From Scyliorhinus canicula (taxonomy: Eukaryota), in assembly GCF_902713615.1 (NCBI RefSeq), contig NC_052152.1, positions 51,621,810 to 51,685,809 of the forward strand: a DNA stretch of 64,000 bases, given 5' to 3'. Positions 39,218 to 49,283 of this stretch are shown here, piece by piece. The notes beneath the pieces are model-generated. The model made no database searches, had not been told where the DNA came from, and saw only the letters and a list, made by a program, of their open reading frames with translations. Each line of letters begins with the position of its first letter. Position 1 is the first letter of the stretch. The position numbers and the translations under genes are program-made.

Positions 39218-39345
39218 GTGATCTAACCCTATGTTCTCCGGTTATAGGCGACTTGTCCATCCCAGTAATCATGCGCTGCCTCATCATCTTTGTGGGAATG
39301 AGTTTGTTACTAACGGCAATGATCTGCGTTCAGATTTACAAGTAA
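39218..39345 (+). CDS. IgSF V(J)-C1-TM gene, exon 4 (connecting peptide with Cys, transmembrane with Arg, short tail, stop)
   Basis: catccag|GT, phase 1, reading GDLTLCSPVIGDLSIPVIMRCLIIFVGMSLLLTAMICVQIYK*. An alternative in-frame acceptor lies at 39247/39248. Exons of 40+342+300+128 = 810 nt give 269 aa. Confidence 0.8.
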
Positions 39346-39888
39346 ATTGTAAGTAGTTAAATTTAGCATATTTTTGTGTGACTCTAATGTATCATTTTAT
39401 TATTCAACAGTCTCTCGTGGCACTGGCAGCTCTGACATCAGGAGAACTGTATGAATAACAATCTGAAGCGATTTATTACTAGTTCCAGTTTTGATTATTT
39501 GTAATGATCATTTCATACTTAAGAAAAAAAAGCATTTTAGTCTTCGCTTTGCAAACCATTAAATAATCGTTATTCCAATGAGTTTAGGTGTAATATGTAT
39601 ACTGCAAATAGGTTAAATAGTTATTATCCATAAACATTAATAGCTGAAAACTTGTAGGAAATCTAAGTATTGTAGAATCAATTAAAAAGCAAATCTTAAT
39701 AGATGACCCAATACCAACAGCTAAAACAATCTTTTCAGGGGGAAAAAATCTGTACTTCAATTAATTCAACTTATCTTATGATGATCAAGCCATGTTTTTT
39801 TTTTACAGTTGGGATCGTACAAGCTCATAGCTTGCTTGTTTATTGGTTTATTTTACTTAATATTAATGGTTTTCTTACATCATCCTTT

Positions 39889-40113
39889 TTAAAAAATAAA
39901 TTTAGAGTACCCAATTTATTTTTTCCAATTAAGGGGCAATTTAGTGTGTTCAATCCACCTACTCTGCACATCTTTGTGTTGTGGGGGCGAAACCCACGCA
40001 AACACAGGGAGAATGTGCAAACTCCACACGGGCAGTGACCCAGAGAGGGGATTGAACCTAGGACCTCAGTGCTGTGAGGCCGCAGTGCTAACCCACTGCG
40101 CCACTGTGCTGCC
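39889..40113 (-). mobile_element. A-tailed V-SINE just downstream of the V-C1 gene
   Basis: V-domain and 15-bp TSD cttacatcatccttt. Confidence 0.85.
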
Positions 40114-42627
40114 CTTACATCATCCTTTACCCGAACTCAAGTGTGACGGTGCTGGGGCGTGTTTGCTAGATTTGGAATGGCTCCTCCACACAAACAACTG
40201 AGAGATTTTGGAATCTCCCTGGATTATATTTAAAGATATTATCATAGCTATAAACTAGAGTAATTGGTAGATTCAATTCTCGGAGCTAAAGGCAATGAAC
40301 CACAGTGACACATTTCATTTTTAATTAGAATATACATCAAGCCCCCATTTCCTGAGTTCCACACAAGGAAGATTGCATCAAGTCAGAACCATATTGATTT
40401 ATACTATTTTGGTGATTTTTCTGTGATCCATAGGGTGAATTGCCCATGTGTCAAGCCTGCCTAAACTAATTTCACAAAGAGCCCTTGCACCAGTACCAGA
40501 GACATTATATTAATTCTGGCTGGGCCAGCATTTATTGTCCATCCCCGAGGACATTTAAAAGTAAACCACATTGCTTTGGTCTGGAGTCACATGTAGAATG
40601 GAGTCCCGTGTAGTCCGGTGCAAGTAATCAAGGCAGATTGAGTCATTAAATGGTTTCAATAAGGAGATAGATATATTTCTGATTCAAAAAAACGGCTTAA
40701 AGGGGTATGGGGAACAGGTGGGGAGGTGGATTTGAGACCAGGAAGAGATATGCACTGATCTGATTGAATGGCAGAGCAGGCGGGAAGGGCTGCATTGCCT
40801 ACTTCCCCTCCTAATTCCCATGTTCCTATTTCCTTCCCTAAAGGGCATTTGTGAACCAGATGTTTTTTTTAAAACGACAATCGTTTCATGGTCATCATTA
40901 GATCTTTTTTCTTTTAATTCCAGTTTTTTTTAGTTGAATTCAAATTCCACCATGTGCCCTGATGGAATTTAAACCCAGATCATAGAATTTGCAGTGCAGG
41001 AGGCCATTCGGCCCATCCTCAAGTCTGCACCAGCCCTTGGAAAGAGCACCCTACCTAACCCCACACCTCCACCCTAACCCGGAACTCCACCTCAGGTTTT
41101 TGGACACTAAGGGCAATTTGGCATAGCCAATCCACCTAACCTGCACATCTTTGGTCTGTGGGAGGAAACCAGAGCACCCAGAGGAAACCCACGCAGACAC
41201 GGGGAGAATGTCTGTGACCCAAGCTGGGAATCGAACCTGGGACCCTAGAGCTGTGAAGCAACTGTGGTAACTACTGTGCTAGTGCCCAGAGCATTACCCT
41301 GGGTCTCTGAATTATTAGCCCAGTGACCACTACGCTACTGCCTCCCCTGTCTCAGCAGGCATCAAACTTACGTGTCTCAGAGACAGTTACTATAATTCAT
41401 TGTATGATTCATCAATTCATTCCCAATGTTGAAGCACGGTGAGTCTCTCATCTCAAATGTGTGCCATCTCAAAAAACACTTTTTAACCACCTTTGTTAAC
41501 ATCACCTGATTTCACCCAATCTCAGTTCATCTATTGCGGAAACCTTAACCCCATGCCTTCTTTACCTCTAGACTTTACTCATCACTGGTTTCCCATCTTG
41601 TACCCTCCTGAAACCTGAGGTCATCCAAAACTCTGCCGCCTGTGTCTTAACTTGCAGAGTGTCCAGCTCCCCTATCACTGCTCTGTTTGATTTAAAAATC
41701 CTCATCCTGGTTTTCAAATCCCTCCATGGTCATGCTCCTTTGTATCTGTCATCTCCCCAGCAAAATACCCCAGAGAAATATGCATTCCTCTGAATCTAGC
41801 CTCATGTGCATTCCCAATCATCAGTTTTCTTGGCCTCAAGCTCTGGAATTCTGCCTGTACATCGTTAAACCTCACTTTCCTCCTTTAAGACACTTCTTAA
41901 AACCTACCTCTTTGAGAGGAAGCTTTTGGTCATCAAACTCAATACATCCTTTTGTGGCTTGGCATTTATTTTATAACGCTTCTGTGAAGTGCCTTGGGAT
42001 GTTTCCCTATGTGAAAGTGCTATTTCATATAAGTTGTTGTTGTTAAATATACAATTGGTTAAAAGAATTGTTCTGCATCTTGAATGATATTGCAAGTGTA
42101 AATTGAATCAGTTACTGAATAAAATTCAGGTCACAAAATCTTTTCCAAAGTATTTTGCAGAATACTCAAATAATTTACTTTATTGATGTATTTGTTGTCT
42201 TACATTCAGTCTTGAAAAGAACAAGTGCCAAGTTAAGAAAGCAATATTCTGACCAAACTGAAATCATATACTTTGATAAAAGTAAATCCTCATTCATTGG
42301 AAATTGTTTTCCCACCTTTGATAAAAATGAAGTAGCCTTTTGCTTTAAAACAGAAATCATGGAACAAATATTTGGCTTCAGAGTGGGGATGATGCAGATT
42401 TGTATTTTGTTCCTGTAACAGAGAAACTCACACCAAAAATATAAATATTCCATCAATTTAAAGATTTTGTAACTTGCATCATAATTACATGAAAACATCC
42501 ATATTATGTTTGGCATGTTTCTGACATCCATTAATTCAAGTTTCTCAAATGTACAGATGAATTGAGCTATGACTATGATTTACTAAAATGTTTGACAATT
42601 AAATTGCAGGACTGTTTCCTTTGAAAC

Positions 42628-42772
42628 TCAGACACCAAACAGATTTCGAAGATCAGCCAGTGTAAGCTTGGTAAAGGATCCACCAGTTCCTGATAGCACC
42701 TTCTTTGCAAGTTCCTTTTTCTTCTCCTGAAGCTCAAAGATTTTGTCCTCAATAGTGCCCTCACACACAAAC
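42628..42772 (-). CDS. TTF2: TTF2 last coding exon
   Basis: ccctccag|G TTT GTG..., reading [47 protein letters not shown]. Matches the TTF2/lodestar C-terminus. Confidence 0.93.
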
Positions 42773-44122
42773 CTGGAGGGAAACATAATTTTCTTTAGTA
42801 AAGCAATATTTTTTTTAAAATACCACCTTTTCTGAAATATCCTTGTATAGTGAAACTGAATTTGCTACAAAATCATACTGCTTTCGGTACTTTACAGCAA
42901 TGTATCACTCACAATTTGTTGAGATGGAGCAAGTCAACAAGTTCTAACATTAGCTGCAATGATTGGTCAGATCCACCTGACATTAACATTGATACAAGAA
43001 CAATGACCCAGAATACAACGCCATACTTTCAGGGGCAGCAGATTACCAGTCCGGACACAGGACAGTCTATTCTTTCAACAAGGCATGAGAAGCTGATGTT
43101 GACAGTTTTCTGTATATGAACTCAAATCAACTTTTAAAAAATATACAAAGAACTCGGGTACTAATGTAATTTCTGACTGTGCACAAACTGATTAAAGAGA
43201 GGTCATTAGTATTCTAATTTTCAAAGGGAATGATTTCCAAAGAAACAGGAGCAAGTTATTCGGCTCTTTGAGCATATTACATCATGCAATGAAATAATAA
43301 TAATCTTTTATTGTCACAAGTAGGCTTATATTAACACTGTGACAAGTACCCTGTTCGGGTAATGAGCCGGTACGGGAATTGAACCCGTGCTGCTGGCCTT
43401 GTTCTGCATTACAAAACAGCTGTCTAGCCCACTGAACTAAACCAACTCTTTTGAAATCAGAGCTGGTCAGTGTCCTACCCTTTTAGTTGCCTGTGCCTGC
43501 AAAAAATTGACTGATCTCAGATGTAAAATTAAATAACTGTGCTAACATTTACTGTTTTGAGAGAGAGAGTGCCACAATTCTACCACCCTTAGTGTAATGA
43601 TGTGTTTTCCAAATTGCTTTTGAAAGCTCTGGGGCTGATTTTAAAGTTCCGTCCCTTGTCCCAGACACCCCAACCAGCAGAATACATTTCTGCTGCATCA
43701 CAGCACCAGGGACCCGGGTTCAATTCCGGCCTTGGGTGACTGTGTGAAATTTGCACTTTCTCCCCGTGTCTGAGTGGGTTGCCTCCGGTTTTCTCCCAGT
43801 CCATAGATGTGCAGGTTAGGTGGATTGTCCATGCTAAATTGCCCCTTAAGTGTCCAAAGGCTAGGTGGGGTTACGGGGATAGGATGGAGGTGTGGGCTTA
43901 AGTAAGGTGCTCTTTCAAGGGTCTGTATAGACTCGTTGGCCGAATGGCCTCCTTCTGCACTGTAAATTCTATGAAATCACCCCATAATTTCATTTTCCAG
44001 GAATACAAGTCTAGCGTACGCAATCACTTCTCATAATTTTACACTTTGATCCCTAGTAACATTCTGGTACTGCATTCCTTCCAAGGCCTTTCCAAGATGT
44101 GCTGCCCTGAACTGAACACCAA

Positions 44123-44775
44123 GGGCGCGATTCTCCGCTGCCCACGCTGGTTGGGAGAATAGCGGGTGGGCCTCCCGACATTTTTCACGCCCTCCCGCTA
44201 TTCTCCCCGTCCCCGAACCACGTCACGAATCGTCGCTTGCCGTTTTTTACGGCGAGCGGTGATTCTCCGCGGCCGATGGGCCGAACCTTTACGCCCATTT
44301 TTTCACGGCAGCAAACACACCTGCTCGCTGCCGTCGTAAAAACGGCCGCTGGATGCCCGTTTGGGGCATCCAGAGGCCCGTTTGGGGTGGGAGCACCACC
44401 GTTGTACTCGGGAGGGGACAGGCCCGTGATTGGTGCCCACCGATTGTCGGGCCTGCGTCCAAAAGGGACGCACTATTTCCCCTCCACCGCCCGACAAGAT
44501 CAAGCCGCCACATCTTGTCGGGCGGCGGTGGAGAAATGCGGAACCGCGCATGCTCGGGTTCCGTCAATGGCGTGATGACGTCACACGCATATGCGCGGGT
44601 TGGAGCCGGTCGTTAAGGCCGCAATGCCGTGATTCCCGGGGTCCCGCTCCTAGCCCCGATTGGGGGGGGGGGAGAGAGAATCGGGTCCCAGGACCGGGCG
44701 TGGAGGCTGCCGTGAAACACGGCCGGTTGCACGGCAGCCTTTACGACTCTCCGCATTTGCGGAGAATCTCGACCC
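44123..44775. mobile_element. GC-rich MITE, same subfamily as 53277-54018 in the opposite orientation
   Basis: TIRs GGGCGCGATTCTCC / GGAGAATCTCGACCC. Internal sequence is reverse-complement similar to the 53 kb copy. TSD unclear. Confidence 0.7.
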
Positions 44776-46589
44776 AGATTCTTGATGTGGTCTAACCAGG
44801 GCTTTGCACTTGTGGCAAAACCTACCACCCCTATATTCTAGCCCACCAGATACAACGGCTAACATTCCTTATCTTTATTTTTGATTGTTTTGTAGTTTAT
44901 CATAATATTTTCACTATCCGAATACCTGGACCCCTTAATCTCTTGGGACCTCCAATATTGCTAGCTTTTCACTATTTAAAAATAATACTCATCTATCCAT
45001 TTCTGGTCTAAAATAGATGACCATGCAACTTGTCGGATTTGAAATCCATCTGCCACAATCTTGCACTCTCAATGTTGCTTTGTAATTCTATGTTTTTGTC
45101 TACACTACTTGCAATACTGGCAAACTTGGATAACGCAATAGAAAATTATATATCCAAGTTATTAACAAATATAGTGAATAGTTGAGGCCCCAGAACAGAT
45201 ACATGTAGCAGTAGTTATTTCCTCTAGTTTGAGAACATACCCATTTTACACTGCTTAACCAATCTCCAAGCCAAGGCAATAATTTGCCTTCAATTTCACA
45301 TGTTTCTCTTCTGTGGAACTTAATAGAATATATTCTAGCAGTCCATTTCAGCTACATGTTTAGAAATTCCCCTGGTTACTGCGATAGTTGCATACCTTTC
45401 TTAAATATTGGAGTTACATTTGAAGTTTTCTAATCTAAATTCCAGAACCTTTCAAAGATTATGGCTGAAGCAGCAGCAATTTTCTCGAATACTACTTCTT
45501 AAAAATATGGGGTGGAAATCATCAGGTCCTGGGGATATGTGCAGCACGGTGGCACAGTGGTTATTCCCTCTCGGTGCCAGGGACCTGGGTTAAATTCCAG
45601 CCTTGGGTCACTGTCTATGTGGAGTTTGCACATTCTCCCAGTGTCCGCGTGGGTTTCCTCCGGGTGCTCCAGTTTCCTCCCACAGTTCAAAGATGTGCAA
45701 GTTAGGTGGATTCGCAATGCCAAATTGCCCCTTGTGTCCAAAAAAATGTGTAGGTTAGATTAAGGGGTTAATGGGATAGGAAAGGTAAGTAAGTTTAGGT
45801 GCAGACTCGATGGGTCTCCTTCTGCACTGTAGTGATTTGTCAGTCTTTAGCTGCACCATTCTTTCCGATAGTATTTTCTTGCTTTTGGCAACTATGTTCC
45901 ATTCCCTGATTCATTCAGAGTTTCTCTTGAATATCAGGCACATTAATTGCTTCGTTGATTGCCATTTCCTTACTTTAATTTGCAATATCAGCACATCAGT
46001 TTTTAACTACTGAAGCCAGTCCTTCAGGAAAAATGCATCAACTTAAAAGTATCCAACATTTAAAAGCAAAACAAAGCAAGGAAAGACTGTGTTGGATAAC
46101 TTTCAGAAATTTACCAATTACCTCCGAACATTCCACAGGACATCGAAAGCTTGATGTACACACTGAGTGACTTTTACAACAGACAAGTCAAGACACAGCT
46201 AACAAAGCCATCTGACCACATGAGTATGCTGTCTCCAAGCTGTATAACCAGTTAAAATCCCTACAGATTTGGAGTCATTGTGACAGAATGTGCCTGCATA
46301 TTCTTGAAATGCTAATCTCCGAGAACTTTATCATTAGAGCGTAACCCACGGAATATCATAATCAGGATCTTTCCTGTCAAAAACCATCTTCAAATTATAA
46401 TTGACTACCCGAGAACGTTTAAAGTGAAATTAACCTGATATAACCAGGACCTTCCCTTTTGAAACCAGCTTCATATGTTACTGGCCTATCATGAAGTTGT
46501 GCTGACATGTAAGACAACAGAGATTTGGGGAAGGATTGTGCGACAATCTGTCAAGGGTGTGATTCTTGGTTTAATGCCTCCTCAGTTAC

Positions 46590-46664
46590 CTGTGCACAGT
46601 TACATTCTTCCGTTGCCCCACACGATAAATTCGATCAGATGCCTGCTCCTCCAGTGCTGGGTTC
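46590..46664 (-). CDS. TTF2: TTF2 exon (helicase motif VI)
   Basis: 75 nt with canonical splice sites, reading (W)NPALEEQASDRIYRVGQRKNVTVH(R). Confidence 0.93.
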
Positions 46665-48600
46665 CTGACAAAACAAATTAAGTATTTATAAAAATTTGAC
46701 CTCCAGGAGGGGGCCTCACGGTAGCATGGTGGTTAGCATGGTGGTTAGCATCAATGCTTCACAGCTCCAGGGTCCCAGGTTCGATTCCCGGCTGGGTCAC
46801 TGTCTGTGTGGAGTCTGCACGTCCTCCCCGTGTGTGCGTGGGTTTCCTCCGGGTGCTCCGGTTTCCTCCCACAGTCCAAAGATGTGCGGGTTAGGTGGAT
46901 TGGCCATGCTAAATTGCCCGTAGTGTAAGGTTAATGGGGGGATTGTTGGGTTACGGGTATACGGGTTACGTGGGTTTAAGTAGGGTGATCATTGCTCGGC
47001 ACAACATCGAGGGCCGAAGGGCCTGTTCTGTGCTGTACTGTTCTATAAGGAGTACAGAAGGACATTTGGTTAACAAATTCAATAATCATAATATTCTGTT
47101 GACTCCATTAATTTCAATACAATATCAATTTTGGATTTATCAAGATTTTTTAATAAAGTGGCAGATCTGCGAAAACTTCCTGCCAAAGACATCATGCAGG
47201 TGCTATCGCCGGACAAATAAAACAAAAAGACGATTGAATAAAAAAAATGTACAAAACACATTAGAAAACTCAATTAGTGTTTTCATAAATGATCCACAAA
47301 ATTTTTAATACATTAAAAATTGAAATTGGTGTTGCAATTATGCCAAGATGATTATCTGAATTTGGTTATTAAAGCTTTCCTGGTATGAGGTACTAGACAC
47401 AGGTTACTGACTAAGAACTCCCCAATCTCAGCTGAGCTATGGGAGGAGGAGCAAGAGGGGAAGGGTGGGGGGGAGATAGTGTTGCTACCAAGTGAGGAGA
47501 AAACATTTAAATAAACCCAAGAGAGTCAATGAAGAATTATTCTGTGATGAGAGCAGCATTGACTGAGACTTGGAACAAGTGGAATACGAATAAAGAAAAG
47601 GTGAAAATTAATTTCACAAATGAAGTTAAGAAAAAACACAAACAAAATGTTTTTTATGAACGAGAAAAAAGTTCACTCCTTAAATGTGGACAGCATGGTA
47701 GCACAGTGGTTAGCACAGTTGTTTCACGGCTCCAGGGTCCCAGGTTCGATTCCCAGCTTGGGTCACTGTCTGTGCGGAGTCTACATGTTCTCCCCGCCTC
47801 CCACAGTCCAAAGACATGCAGGTTAGGTGGATTGGCAATAATAAATTGCCCTTAGTGTCCAAAAAGGTTATGTTGAGTTACTGGGATAAGGTGGAGGCGT
47901 GGCCTTAAGTAAGGTGCTCTTTCCAAGTGCCGGTGCAGACTCGATGGACCGAATGGCCTCCTTCTGCACTGTAAATTTTATGATTCTAAATGGTAAGGGA
48001 AAGCATTGATGGATGATGCGAATGGGATTGAAACAAGGCACTCAAATGTCTGATCATTTAGATCTAATGATTATTTAGATTTAGTGCCATTATTGCCAGC
48101 GATACATTTGATGTGTTCTGATGTTAATGAAAAGTGATAAATTGAAAACTAAGAAAATCGGTTGGCATTTTAACAGTCACAGTGTAAAACAATCCTTATA
48201 CACAAAGCAGCAAGGAATAATAATAATAATCTTTATTATTGTCACAAGCAGGCTTACAGCACTGCAATGAAGTTACTGTGAAAATCCCCTAGTCGCCACA
48301 TTCCGATGCCTGTTCGGGTATACCGAGGGAGAATTCAGAATGTCCAAATTACCTAACAGCGCGTCTTTCTGGACTTGCGGGAGGAAACCGGAGCATCCGG
48401 AGGAAACCCACGCAGACACGGGAAGAACGTTAGGGCCACAGACAGTGACCCAAGCCAGGAATCAAACCTGGGACCCTAGCACTGTGAAGCAACATTGCTA
48501 ACCACTGTGCTACCGTGCCGCCCATGGATACATGTTCTTTCATTATCACGTTTTAATATAGTCTGTAATTATCTTCAGTACAGCTGATGCGTAATCTTAC

Positions 48601-48683
48601 CAGTGCATATCTAACAGGAAGAGGTGGTTGCCTCCAATGAGGTTCAAACCCACACCCCCAGCACACAGCGACACCAACATGGC
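48601..48683 (-). CDS. TTF2: TTF2 exon (helicase motif V)
   Basis: 83 nt with canonical splice sites, reading [27 protein letters not shown](W). Confidence 0.93.
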
Positions 48684-49129
48684 CTGTGGTAAGAGAGAGA
48701 TAAAGTTCAGTAAGGAAACATTCCCAAGATAATCAAGTCTTAAAAATGGCACATTGTTGACAACACGAGTTTGAATGAAGAATAATCATATTTAAACAGT
48801 GATCGAACCAAGTATATTTGACTATATGAGTAGAATTCCCAATGCCATCAGACTGAAATTTTATTATACTTTTCATAATAATATGCCACATTGTTGAACT
48901 TCCTGATAAATAAACCACTGCATGCAATCCACTGTGTAAAATATAAAGATTTTATTTTGTCCAGCTTTCTTTTCAGCTCAGCCAAGAATTAGAGGGATGT
49001 TAACAAACAAGTTATCACCTATTAGTATCTTCAGGGAAGAAAACTGAAAATAAAATAAACCTCCCCGAGTATTCTGGATCTGTGATTCTGTCATCACAAG
49101 TGAATTTAAAACAGCAGCCAACTATGTAC

Positions 49130-49283
49130 CTGAGGGCCTTTAGGGTTAGTGTTAAATTCCTCCACCAAGTCCATACGACGCTTAGGGGTTACAGAGCCAT
49201 CCAGAGTAACGTAGCTCAGGCTCATTTGATCCAAGTGGCCTGCCACCACATTCAGCATGCTGGTCCACTGAGAAATGATTACA
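49130..49283 (-). CDS. TTF2: TTF2 exon (helicase motif IV)
   Basis: 154 nt, reading (S)[51 protein letters not shown]. Confidence 0.93.

Noticed and set aside
34401-39345. Calling the V-C1 gene VTCN1/B7-H4, CD101 or a bona fide TCR chain
   Set aside because: The J-like GxGTKL motif, canonical C1 domain and Arg-bearing TCR-like TM do not fit B7-H4 or multi-V CD101. No separate J segments or RSS were seen, so it is not a rearranging TCR locus. No gene symbol was assigned.
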